Source: Lytechinus pictus (taxonomy: Eukaryota). From it: a DNA stretch of 64,000 bases. A model generated the notes under the pieces. The model saw only the letters and a list, made by a program, of their open reading frames with translations. It was not told the origin of the DNA and did not search any database. Both the position numbers and the translations under genes were made by a program. The DNA lies in contig NC_087251.1 of the NCBI RefSeq assembly GCF_037042905.1, forward strand, positions 10,168,001 through 10,232,000. Reading direction: 5' to 3'. Position 1 is the first letter of the stretch. Each line of letters starts with the position of its first letter. Shown piece by piece: positions 52,861 through 64,000 of this stretch.

Positions 52861-53946
52861 TTCTCTTTTATTTGACATAAAAATGAAAATGCTACAAGTA
52901 TTATTTACAATGTGTATATAAACTTGTGTTTTAATGAAATAATAAGATAAAGTTGCCTGGAAACGATGCATCTCATTCTGAAAAATGACACAAAACTATT
53001 GACAGATATAACAAACGATGTTGTTTAGTTGATAATCGTCTTTTAAATTCCTATTATTACAAAGCATTCGTATATAATAATATCTGTTGTCATCTTCAAG
53101 CTAATTATTATCATACTATCGAAAACTGCTCATCATATTTGCAAAGAAGCTGCTCTCTATTTTGTCACATAATCAAAGAAATCTTTAAAAAAGGCAAAGA
53201 AATTTCCACATCTTTTTCCAAATAAGTGAAAAAAAAAAATCTCTTCCTGTTATGATTCAGATGTAGGATAAAAAGAGCAACCTATTTGAGACATGTAATT
53301 AGATGTTTAAGCATCTCTATTGTGTGTGTTTATATTGTTCGTCTGTGATACGGGGTCATCTTTTATTCCATTAGTGTTGCATGCTGTGTTAATCGAACAT
53401 ATTACGGACAAACAGACAATACTAATGGCCTAACCACTGAGCCTTTCTAGCATTCATATCTGTGGTATCTAATAGAGATTACAGACAAAATAATATAACC
53501 TAAAATCACCTTGAGTTGTTTGCTTTAAACTGAAAGTAATAGCCATTGTTGTAGTAATGTATTGAAGCGCGTTACGGGATAGGCTCCCTGTTAGTCCCAC
53601 TAACGTTCATTGTGTGTTGTTGATATTGAAATAAACATCGGTAATTATAGGATTGTGGTAAACTGAAAGACATGAGACTGAAATAGACTAAAACAAAATC
53701 CATGCCCACCGTAGTTGAAAATAGTCGTGATACCAGACTGAGGTTTTAAATGGATGATGTGAAAAACAATAGGCCTTAATCAAAATGGACTCTATCAAAG
53801 CCAGACAGATGCCATTCATTTTCATGTTAATTTATTTATAGGCAGCAACCTTTTCTCAACAAAGTTTTTTTTTTTTAATAACCAAGTTTCTTTGTTTGCA
53901 ATTATTATGAAAATACCACTTTCAATACTGTTATCAATATAATTTT

Positions 53947-54015
53947 CATTATTATTATTATTGTTATTATTATTATCATTATTACTATTATCATTATTAT
54001 TATTAATTATTATTG
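53947..54015. repeat. (ATT)n microsatellite
   Basis: Read directly. Confidence 0.9.
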
Positions 54016-54136
54016 AAGTAAAAAAAATCGAAAAGAGAATAATAAAAATAATTACTAAAAAACGATTTGATATATCGCATAATAATTATGCTGAGTTTGT
54101 GAATTTATATGAACGAAAAAAATAAAAAAAGGTTAA

Positions 54137-54223
54137 AAAGTTTGTCAGTGTTCAGTCCATGTTAGAGTCTGATAAGTAAAGTTTGTCAGTGTTCAGTCCA
54201 TGTTAGAGTCTGATAAGTAAAGT
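54137..54223. repeat. Perfect 41-bp tandem duplication
   Basis: AAAGTTTGTCAGTGTTCAGTCCATGTTAGAGTCTGATAAGT x2, plus AAAGT. Confidence 0.95.
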
Positions 54224-54719
54224 CTACAACCCTAAAGACAAGATAGAAGAAGACACTGAGTGGATTGTAGGATTAGATATGATAAAATGACGCATTGGTG
54301 TCCAAAGAGTAAAAGAGCATCAGGATCTCTCTCTCTCTCTCTTTATCTATTCCAAATTCCGTTCGACGATTGGCGTTGATGTCAAGCTATCATCAAGACC
54401 ACACACATTGACAGAATGGAAAAGATTGCACATAGATAGATAGATAGATAGATAAAAGGAAATAGAGAAGATGAAGAAAAGGAGGAGGATTAGCATAAGG
54501 AAGGAGAGAGATAAAGATTCAAGAAAATAAAAAGAAAAGGGAATAAAAGAGTAAAATGAAGATGTACGAGAAAGATGGAAAGAAATTAACGTAAATCATA
54601 AAGCTCAAGCTTAAGTAATATACATTTATGTGTGTGTACGTATTCTATAAATTAGCAATATGTTTTATGGTATATGATAAATACATACGTACATCTATAT
54701 ATATATATATATTTATATG

Positions 54720-54915
54720 GCGTAATTTCCTTCGGCAAGAAATTTTTCCACATTGTGCTGCACTCGACCCAGGTGAGGTGAATGGGATACCCGGTATGAT
54801 TTATTCGTTGAACGCTTTAGCGCCTATTAATATGGCGGCTCAGCTACAGCCGGGGTAATCAAAGCGCAGTAGAGTATATGCACATAGTACCTGCGCTATA
54901 TAAATTGGCATATTA
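54720..54915 (+). mobile_element. 5'-truncated SINE with CORE-like centre and L2-like 3' end
   Basis: CCTTCGGCAAGAAATTTTTCCACATTGTGCTGCACTCGACCCAGGTGAGGTGAATGGG resembles the CORE domain. AAAGCGC...GCGCTATATAAA resembles an L2-type tail. Second copy at 49021-49139. Confidence 0.75.
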
Positions 54916-56479
54916 CATATTGTTAAGTTTACCATACATAAATTCCACCTCGGTAATGATCACATTGTCCTTAATTTCTTTCAAAATGATAGTCGTAGAA
55001 TACCTCAATCTCATTTCTTCTTAGCACAACTCACGAAGTATTATCCCTTTACACAAGCAGTAAGGATTGGTATTAATTCTATTGTGATGCGTTTATTTTT
55101 CATGTGTGAAAACGGGCCCAGAAAAATGGACATGAATTGTCAAGAAAATTATATATTTTTTAAACGGAAGAATGAAGAGAAAAGACATGAAAGAGGAGGA
55201 AAAAAGAGACAGAAATTGGAAAGTTCAGGAAAGTAAAGGGGGGCAAAGGTGATACATACTTATATGAAGAGGGAGAAGGAAAGATTTGTCAGCTTAACAG
55301 AAAGGACCAGTGGCAAAGTTAGAGACGATTTAAGATCTTAGATATGTTAAACGGTGACAAGAGAAGAGCAGTACACAATAGGATGAGTGAGTGTCTGTAA
55401 GCACATATGAAAAGGAGCGTAATTACGCCCAATAGCCCTGGCTTCAACTGACCAGGTAATAGCGGGAGGGCCCTCTATTTCCTTTTCAAAGAGATGTCTT
55501 ACGTCTCTTTGAGAGTTTTCAAAGTATCTTTGCAAGTTTTGTTTAACAAAACATTTTGCAGCCAATTGAGGTGATTACGGTATAGGGATATGACGAGTAC
55601 AGCCTCAGTCAGCAAAATGGGTGTGTAAGTAAAGAAAGTTGAGTCAGGTTACGAGGTGCAAGATACACGATATAGTATTCCAATGTTTTTATCTAGCTTC
55701 CTTTCATGCGTAATGAAAATAATTTTTCTTATTGAAATAATGCCTTAAGAATGCTCAAGTGTATGCATTTAGAGAATAAAATTCCCAAAATTATCGTTTC
55801 CCTTATCATCTCAAATAATTTTTCAGTTTGATTATAACACAAAGCAATAATCTGCTTTAGAATAGCCTGTCCATCTATATATTCGCAGTATAGAAGCACA
55901 GTAGTAAACCCAATAAAGACATATAGATAAATGTATAGAAAAAAGTATAAATGTACAATTCAACTCAATCAATTGATGGAAGATATTTTGATACCCTGTA
56001 TACTACGTGAATAATATAAAGGGATTTTCTTCGTAGCCTTTTCATGCCAAGATGAAGATTTGAGACCCGGTATCAAGACTGATGTGTCTAACAATTTTGA
56101 TATTTGAAGTGGAATCGTCTTGTCAACGGACAGATAAAGAGACAGTGAGTAGAATTAGTCTGGGTAACGATAAGGCTGGTTAGTATAGTTGGAAGAAAGA
56201 TGAAAAATCGAAATATAGAATTGGAGAGTGAAACACATTCGTCATTACATAATATATCAAATGTGAATTAATTTCAAACGTCTTGGAAGTCTACTATACA
56301 AAACTATTCCATTATGGTTAACTTTTTTGTATAATCCATTTCTGTATGGTAAACTTTAGATAGGACCTATAATCCTTTAAAGTTAACAAAACGTATAATC
56401 GAAATGAGTAATAACTTGAAGAGGACAAAATAATGCATGGAAAACCCTTATTATCATCGTCATGACTGAAATGCACTTG

Positions 56480-57360
56480 ATACATACTTATACTTATCCT
56501 TATACTTTTAAATCTCATTTCTTGAAGTATTCTACTTGAATCACTCTTATGTATTTAAATCTCATTTAGGACACTCAAATGATCCTGATATTAATAACTT
56601 CTTCTAATTTTACATTAATACGATAGAATGAATATCATGTTACTTTTAGTATCATTATCAAAATACTTAAATCTTCTTTGCTTAGATTATCTTTAAATCC
56701 CATTCTAAAAAAAGGTAAATCAACTTAAATGATATTCTTTTTTTTTTTAGTTTAATTTAATTATCCTTATATATACAATTCTTAAATCTCAAATTGATAA
56801 ACCGAAATCATCTATAGATTATTCTTAAATCTCATTTTAGTGCACTTTAATCATCATTACTGATATCATTTTTGAAATCTCATTTGAATTGTTTCAACCG
56901 AAACGTATTTTATATCACATTATAAAACATAATTAAATCATCCTCATTGAGTTATTCCTAAATCTATATTACAAAAAAAAATTTAATCTGTCATCGCTAT
57001 CTAAATTCTTATTTAAACCCGTTAAGTAATCCTTATATAGATAATTATTTTTTTTATGATTCTCATTTTGATATAACGAAATCAACGTTCTAGATTATGC
57101 TGAAACACATTATAAAACATACTTAAATCATCAAAATATGATTTAAATGCACTAAAATCAACATTATAGATTTTCTTTGTCACACTTAAAAACATATACA
57201 AAATTCAATAATCAATCAAACATTATTGTGTACATTGTTATTTTATTTAATTTTAATGTTCATAAATCACTCTTATATCTTGATCCAATATTAGCATAAT
57301 TGAATCATCCAATAGCCAGATTTAAAATCCCTCTTACAAATACTTCAATCTTCTTTTACT
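56480..57360. repeat. Degenerate AT-rich minisatellite-like array
   Basis: Recurrent TTAAATCTCATT, AAATCATC and ATAGATTATT words at short spacing. Exact period not determined. Confidence 0.55.
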
Positions 57361-59663
57361 TGAAATAATTATGTCGAATATTTTGTAAAGCGATTTGGCA
57401 TTCTTTTGTCAGTACTTTAAATTCTGTATTTTCTTCGTTTTACATTCAAGCATATACTTAATCTCTCTTATTTGAATTATATTTATATCTTAAATTTCTT
57501 ATATGTAGCATTCTTAAAATATGATACTAGATATTCAAATTATTTTGTTTTAGAGGAAATATTTAATTTCATATTTTTCTTACGTAGGGGTCCGTTTTAT
57601 GTTTCTTAATATAAGAATAAAATTCTTAAGCTACCCTCATATAGATTTTTTAACCGGCAAAATTTATGTTTTTTAATTATCTGTTTTTATGCAAACATGA
57701 AGATCTTACCACCAACGTAAAATTACAAAATTTTTCACATTTTTTTTTCAAATTGCTTACATGAAATGAATTCTTAACATACAATATAAGTCATTTGTCT
57801 AACTTTGTTATTTGTCCTCTGGTTCTTTTATTACATCTCCCTGACTTGTGGTATTTTAATCCATATCCTTGGATATGAAGAGACTCTTGGCAAGGAATTA
57901 TACACGCACCGGAAGATGTAAGACCCTTGGTATAAGACTGGACTGGACATGCAGATTAGCGTGAAAATTAATGCCCTTTTCCAAATCAACAACATATTTG
58001 AGGAGATCAGAGACGGGTTGCTTTAACAAACGAGAATATTTTCTCCTGAAATACCAGTACGGATCAACGGCTACACCATGTACCACCACTCCCTTAAAAA
58101 AATATTGTATAACCAATTAAGGAGGTACTTGGTATAACGTTAACTTAATAATGGACCATAATTTTAACAAGAAAGAAATAACGAATTGTTTCGAGAGAAA
58201 ACATCATCATCATGAGAACTGAAAGCCTTATTGTTTTAGCTTCTCATTAAGAGTTTCAAACGAATCTTACTGAACTCTCTGCAATAAACCTACTGAAGCA
58301 TTTTAAGTGTACTTTGACTGCAACAAACGGTGGCACAGATGACCTTTATAGAAGCGACTAAATTTACAGAAGCACCAAAATAAAATGAAAAAAAATAAAT
58401 AGCGTGATTTAAATCATTCTTTTTAATTGGATGTCAAAATAATATACAATGTTGTAAAACAAATGGAACATGTACAAATTTAGTTTTAAAAATATTTGAA
58501 GAATGAAACCAAGCCTACTTGAGTAATATTACTGTCTGATCTGGTATGTTATGATACAAGGTATGCTTTGTTTGTGTAGTGCAACCTGATACCACACTCA
58601 TGTTTTCATGATGAACAATATTTTTTTATTTATTTTTTAACTTGGAAAGGAGTGGGGAGGATGTACATTATGACATGCGTGCGTATGAAATAGTAAGTGG
58701 ATCAAAGGGAAATAACTCTTCACAGCGATTTGCCCGAGGGTTTTCCTTAACACGGAAGACAGCGTACGGGACTGATCTAAAGAAACCCCAGGCGCAAGAA
58801 GTGAGTCAAACTTCCATGTGCCCATTCGTTCTCATGTTCTCTTTAAGAACAAAACTTTAAAAGAGGGAGAATGGGAAGGGGAGTTTGGCAATGAGAAGAA
58901 GATGCTGGAACATATTCATGAATGACATCATCAATTCAAAGTACAATAGAGAGGTGAAGAGGGACTAAATATCATCATCAGATTTCGCTGTCAGGATATC
59001 ATCACTCTCGGATTCTCATTGCAAGGAAATTCAAAACTCAATCGGTTTGTTAATGGTTTATATATAGCTTTCTTGTAATCTCATTTCTCACTCTTCGTCA
59101 TTTATTCCTGTCTTTACTACAAACCAGACAAAGAAAAATAAGACTGTTGTTTTGTTTTAGTTGAAGTTGTCATTCTAAGACAATTCGATACCACTGTCTT
59201 TCTTCTATCGTAGGATATTTCTTGCCTTATCGAACCTTTCGACCACTGACTAAATATTGAATCATGACATTTAAAATCCACTTCTCAAAGATAAACTCCT
59301 TGCCAAAGTCTCCTACTGTAAAACATTTATTTAGGCTACAACACCTTCAAAAGTAAATTTTAGCGAGGATAACCATCCATATATAGTGTTGAAAAATATT
59401 GTAGAGCAAAGTTTTAAGAATAACGTATTAAGAAAACTTAGCGAACATGCATGTCAGCATTTTAAAACATGCAGAATTTTGTAGAATTAAGAACATCTTA
59501 CTTCGTAGCCATCATGAATTAATGACACTCATTTTACTTTGACTTTGTCAAGCGCGTTTCGGATATCATCTGTTCACGCTATAATTTAACATGTCTATCG
59601 TGCCGGTAGGATGTTATATAAAAGAAATCTCAGCTCATATTGTTTTTCAAATCAGGACACAAT

Positions 59664-60636
59664 GGCCCGTATCTGAAGTCAGGTGTAATGGTCTAACTAA
59701 AGGCCCCCTCACACCTAACCGAATTGCCTGAAATATGCCTTGTGATGGCTGGCGAAAGGCATTTTTTAAGAAATCGTTTTCAATGGTAACTGATATAGTA
59801 AATCATAATTATTTACCCTTTGTGTTTGGGTTCGTACACCTTCTGAACTAACAGCTGCAATTATTCAAATTCGCGCAGAAATTTTGAACATGTTGAAAAT
59901 TTCCCGACGAATTGAGAAATCGTTGGTCATCTGTTTGAATTCGCATCTCTTATTTAGTCTGCGGTTATCGTTAGTTTGTCGTTCGTGTTTTATTGTCGCG
60001 CATAGTCCCTCTTCGCGCTTTTGCCAATGTGGACCGATCTGGAAAGAACCCTTAACGAAGCAACACGAGGACACAAAGTACACGAACGCCCGATCTATTC
60101 CCTCGTCTTCGTTTCTAATCGCACGCCATATCAAACCATTGCTCACTGTTCGTTCGTCTTATTGGGTTATATCAACCCTTCGCTCGCCTTCAGCTGCAGT
60201 TTACTCAAAGAGGTGAGCCAAAAATTGATATCCTTCGTATGTCATATTTATCTTTCGCTTACCGTTCGTTGATAAAATTTGACAAATGTTACTGATCGCA
60301 TGATTTGACGGAAATTTTATTTGAATTCGTTGAATTCGCGTGCATTTCGTGCATTTTTCCCATTCGTCACCCTTCGTCCGCCTACATTCGGTCAGGTGTG
60401 AGGGGGCTTTAACGGACTAACGGACCCGCGGACTATCGGACCCGCGGACTATTCATTTAATGGTGAAGACTATTGTCATACTTATCCTTCCCAGGCAGTT
60501 AATAGTGTTTTGGGAGTCAAATGAGCTGATACATTGAACCTCTACTGTTAGAGATTTATGTAACAACAGGCTTTCCATAGTTAAACCACAACTTAAAACC
60601 AGAGATTAAATCAAACCCGACTTCCGAATACGGGCC
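59664..60636. mobile_element. Harbinger-like MITE hosting a nested element
   Basis: TIR GGCCCGTAT(-)CTGAAGTCAGGT / ACCCGACTTCCGAATACGGGCC. TSD AAT at 59661-59663 and 60637-60639. Confidence 0.8.
59701..60409. mobile_element. PIF/Harbinger-type non-autonomous element (709 bp), nested
   Basis: TIR AGGCCCCCTCACACCTAACCGAAT versus right reverse complement AAGCCCCCTCACACCTGACCGAAT. TSD TAA at 59698-59700 and 60410-60412. Confidence 0.92.
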
Positions 60637-60982
60637 AATGGGTGCTCCTGAAGACAGAAAATGGGCCTTTTATAGCGATACACAAATATGTCATTTTATA
60701 GACGGCTCCATACGGCTATGTAACTTAAATACCCCTTGGCTTTGCTACTAAGATTATAAATATGCTAAGGATGGTATATCTCTGTTAAGCGTGATACAAT
60801 AAGGAATTTAACACCAGTTGCTCGGTTCATCTTCAAGAAGAAGGACGCCATTATACATAAAGCAACGCCGAGGTTTGCGATCTTCGAGCGATGTCTTCCA
60901 TGATGTCAAAGTTTCTTTTCTTGAGGTTCTGCATAACCATATAGCCTCTAATGTATACATGCAATGTAAAGACTTCACCCGC

Positions 60983-61078
60983 AATAATAATGATGATGAT
61001 GATGATGATGATAATAATAATCATATTCATCATCCTCATCAGCAGCAGCAGCAGCAGCATCATCATCAACATCAATAA
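60983..61078. repeat. Compound trinucleotide microsatellite (AAT/GAT/CAT/CAG)
   Basis: Read directly. Confidence 0.9.
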
Positions 61079-61411
61079 TCAATAAAAATAAACGGTTTGA
61101 ATAAACTGCAATATTAACTGCAGGCTCTGAGCTCAAGACTGCGGAGGTTTCTGGATATGACCATTAATTTAACGCTAATGAATGGTCAGTTCCTTGGTGC
61201 CCAAACATGCTCAGTATGTATGAATGCACAATCCCATCTGAGACATGATGCCTATGGGCTAAGGAAATGTTTAATCATTTGAGGAAAACTTACATGATTG
61301 AGTCGTTTGAGTTTGAGGACAATCGACAGCCAGCATATTTCTGTCTGCCTGAACATTAACAACAAAAAAAGACGAACATAGATAGGCATACAAGGCTACT
61401 CCAGGGGACAG

Positions 61412-61558
61412 GGGTCCGTTACATTAGAAAACACAATTATGGTAACTTCATCGTTTTTATGGTCACCGGACTCGGCAGCCAATCAAAATAAAGGCTTCCG
61501 TCGTATTTCCGTGACCATAATGGCAAAGTTACCATAATACTCTTTATGAAACGGGCTC
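61412..61558. mobile_element. Harbinger-like MITE with CWG target (147 bp)
   Basis: CAG|GGGTCCGTTACATTAGA...ATTATGGTAACTT and AAGTTACCATAAT...CTTTATGAAACGGGCTC|CAG. Tips are related to the 171-bp family. Confidence 0.75.
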
Positions 61559-62648
61559 CAGAATGTAGGTTTGAAAAATTACTTCAGCAAGTGAGCATCA
61601 AACACTCCAAAGAATTTACCCAATATTTCTTAAAGATGTGTAACATGCATGATAGGGTAAAATAGAAGAACAAGTGTGTATATAAACATTACATAACGTG
61701 GAGTAAACTTTCGACAGCGAACATGATTTTTACCTAACATTTTTTATCTAACAAATCTTCATATTTACTTTTGACCCAATACTGCATTAATCTTTCCTCG
61801 ACTTTTGCTAGAATGTTGACCAACCATACTTTGTTTATTATCAAGTGTATATGATGATGTGACGGTAGCCCAAGGTAAATTTCTGATGACAATTTAATAG
61901 TGTATTTTGATCATCAAATAATTACGATTTGTATGAAAATGTTATAAAATGGTATATGACCTTTTATTATTTTGTTAATACTGTTTAGGAAAAAGGAGAC
62001 ACATTGCCAAACAATTCATCGTAACATGTAACTATGTTAGCTTAAAATTCATAACTGAAAAGAAATATAATCCTCTGGTCACTATATCCAAAGATATTTC
62101 CATTTCTGTATCATTTTTATTTGATAATATTAGATTGGGCGTCATAACCTCTTCTGCATAGTGGTTGACATGATTTTACTTACAACATTTAAGCAATGGG
62201 TGCGAATTTTCTCTTTGATATAAGGGGATTATTTCCTTCCTTGCATTATACCCCCATCTCACTAGGAAGGCGATCGTGGCGACCATGGCGATCTGTGTGA
62301 ATCCCGCAAATCGTAGCAGAATCTTCCTCGAATTCTATTTTTAGCCTGCGAGACGATTGCACTGCAACTTCTATGCGACCGACCTGCGCTGAAGGCGATG
62401 GTAATACGCTGAAAGTACGACGATGCCACTTTCTTGCGACGATTCGAGGCAGATGTGATGCGCTGCTTCTGCGATCAAAGCGATCGTACAACGAGGCTCA
62501 TAAGCTAATTAGGACCTCGGTACGGTGGTGCTACGAATGAAGCGATTATGTTACGTTCATGATGGGCTCTTGAAACGATTTCAAGCAATCGGCATACTAA
62601 TCGCGGCACATGACACATTTTTCAGTCGATTGCCAACCTCCGACCAAC

Positions 62649-62786
62649 ATGGATGTCCAGAATTTGGTTGGACTTATACATCTTGGCATTCTAAAAGAAC
62701 ATCAGTTAAAAGTTGAATGCGAGGACAGGAGAAGGAGGAGGCCAAAAAGATACAGGGTCCGATCCTGGCTGTCACCTAAGTCATAA
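62649..62786 (+). pseudogene. N-terminal stub of Harbinger transposase
   Basis: MDVQNLVGLIHLGILKEHQLKVECEDRRRRRPKRYRVRSWLSPKS*. RRRR..RY[W>R]VRSWL matches the RRR-x-WVRPWL N-terminal motif of Harbinger transposases (AGG is one change from TGG). Too short for the ORF track. Confidence 0.75.
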
Positions 62787-63143
62787 TATACAATATTTTT
62801 AAAATTTCATTCAAAAGATGTCGATGAGCCTAATAGTTAATATGAGGGATGCATCCATAATTTCATAAAAGAGCATAAAAATCTTTGATATTCTGTTTAT
62901 TTTTTTCCACAAAGTTTGTCACTCAAAAATATTTGGTAAATTCCTTTCAAATTTGCTGACAAGAAGTAGTCTACTGATGTGAGAGCACTCATAAAAAGGG
63001 AGGGGGAGGGGGGCACAATGCCAGAATCTCCCTAAAGATTGCCTTTCCCAATCAATACATTAGTGATCGAATCATTAACAAAATTTGATGGTGTCTACTG
63101 TCACTGTGGTTAGAATTCAATTTATTTTCAAAACATAATCAAT

Positions 63144-63377
63144 TTATTTATTTCTGCAGAGGTAACCCATTTCGTCATCAAGACTTGTGAGCGTCTTATT
63201 TCTCTTTCCAGCTGGCTCAGCAGTAAGATTTTCATCCTCCTCCTGTACCCCCTCCTCTTCCTCCTCTACCTCCTTCTCTACCACCACCATAACCCCTTGA
63301 TCTTCCTCTTCGACCGCCGGCCTAAGAGGGGTAGCTTGGGCAGCTTTCCCTTTTCTGGTCCTCTTTCTGGGAGGTAT
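63144..63377 (-). pseudogene. N-terminal stub of the second Harbinger gene (probable Myb/SANT/MADF-type accessory protein)
   Basis: Stop-free 77-codon frame starting at ATA (probably a mutated ATG): IPPRKRTRKGKAAQATPLRPAVEEEDQG...EEEEEGVQEEDENLTAEPAGKRNKTLTSLDDEM.... NLS-like basic start and acidic tract, convergent with the transposase stub. The DNA-binding domain is not present, so identity is inferred from position. Confidence 0.6.
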
Positions 63378-64000
63378 GTTTGAAAACGCCGTGGTATCGC
63401 CTCGTAATCTGTTGCAAATATGATAATCCGCACCATCGGCACGGCGTTTTATAGCAGCGCGGACCGTTGTTGCGCAATCGCTGCCCAGTCATCAGCGGCG
63501 CAGCAAAAGCGCAACGCGAACGCCTGTAGCGGGCTGAGAACGTGTGCCACATGCCACCCAAAGAAGGAAGCGTCGTGGTGGAAGCTGTGTGAAGCGTGTC
63601 GAGCGCAAGGCAGTCGCCTTGTAAACGGAAGCAGTGTAGCAGAATTGTCTTGGGAACGGGCCTGAAAACCACGGGCGATCGGTGCCACTTTTAATGCGCT
63701 TATACTACGCTTTATGCGTTGGGGCTCCGTTACAGCTACGAATATGTCGTTTGTAATACGCTCATGACTCGATTGTGATGCGCTTTAGCACCTCCGCGAT
63801 CTCGCTACGTAAGTTTTGAACATGTTCAAAATTTTGTGGCGACCATAAAGATGGTGGCGATCCTTGCCGCTTCAGAAAAGATCAAGGTACGACGGAGACG
63901 ATTGAAAAGATCAAGGCACGATCAAGCTACGTTATACCACGCTTTGTCGATTTTTGACGATCGCAGTGGAATCGCCATCTAGTGAGATGGGGGTATAACA

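Larger units (their letters stand above)
62249..63995. mobile_element. Internally deleted PIF/Harbinger transposon (1.75 kb)
   Basis: TIR TACCCCCATCTCACTAG / CTAGTGAGATGGGGGTA. Flanks TTA / TAA. CGAT-rich subterminal regions and stubs of two convergent genes. Confidence 0.92.

Noticed and set aside
53665-53690. TGAAAGACATG matching the 5' half of miR-71
   Set aside because: 3' half does not match and no precursor hairpin is evident. Partial miR-124-like (24842) and miR-153-like (1296, 37210) matches were rejected likewise.
60818-61078. ORF with poly-N/D/H/Q tail resembling a transcription factor
   Set aside because: Open only because of a trinucleotide microsatellite; non-ATG start, no domain, also open on the opposite strand.

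Overview
AT-rich eukaryotic (animal) genomic DNA with one 129-N assembly gap. The repeat families suggest an echinoderm such as a sea urchin; this is inference only. The only host protein-coding sequence I can support is the last two exons (1549-1636, 3782-3916) of a + strand WD40-repeat gene, which the ORF track misses, followed by an AT-rich 3' region. The remaining ~58 kb has no recognisable host exons. It is dense in transposon relics whose ends and target-site duplications (TSDs) can be read directly: a Helitron2/Helentron-like element, eight PIF/Harbinger-type elements (two nested pairs, and one deletion derivative keeping the 5' stubs of both Harbinger genes), hAT, Tc1/mariner and piggyBac MITEs, a 3.3-kb Academ-like foldback element, 3' fragments of a CR1/L2-group LINE and an L1/Tx1 LINE, and SINE pieces. 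I found no new protein-coding system. The best leads are non-coding: a minimal U3-A8 hammerhead ribozyme at ~32.07 kb, three tiny P-element-like excision footprints with GTNNNAC duplications, two copies of a 171-bp MITE whose centre is flipped relative to its tips, a palindrome shared at a similar distance from one end by three different Harbinger elements, and the foldback element built from ~175-bp CAAGATGGC units.
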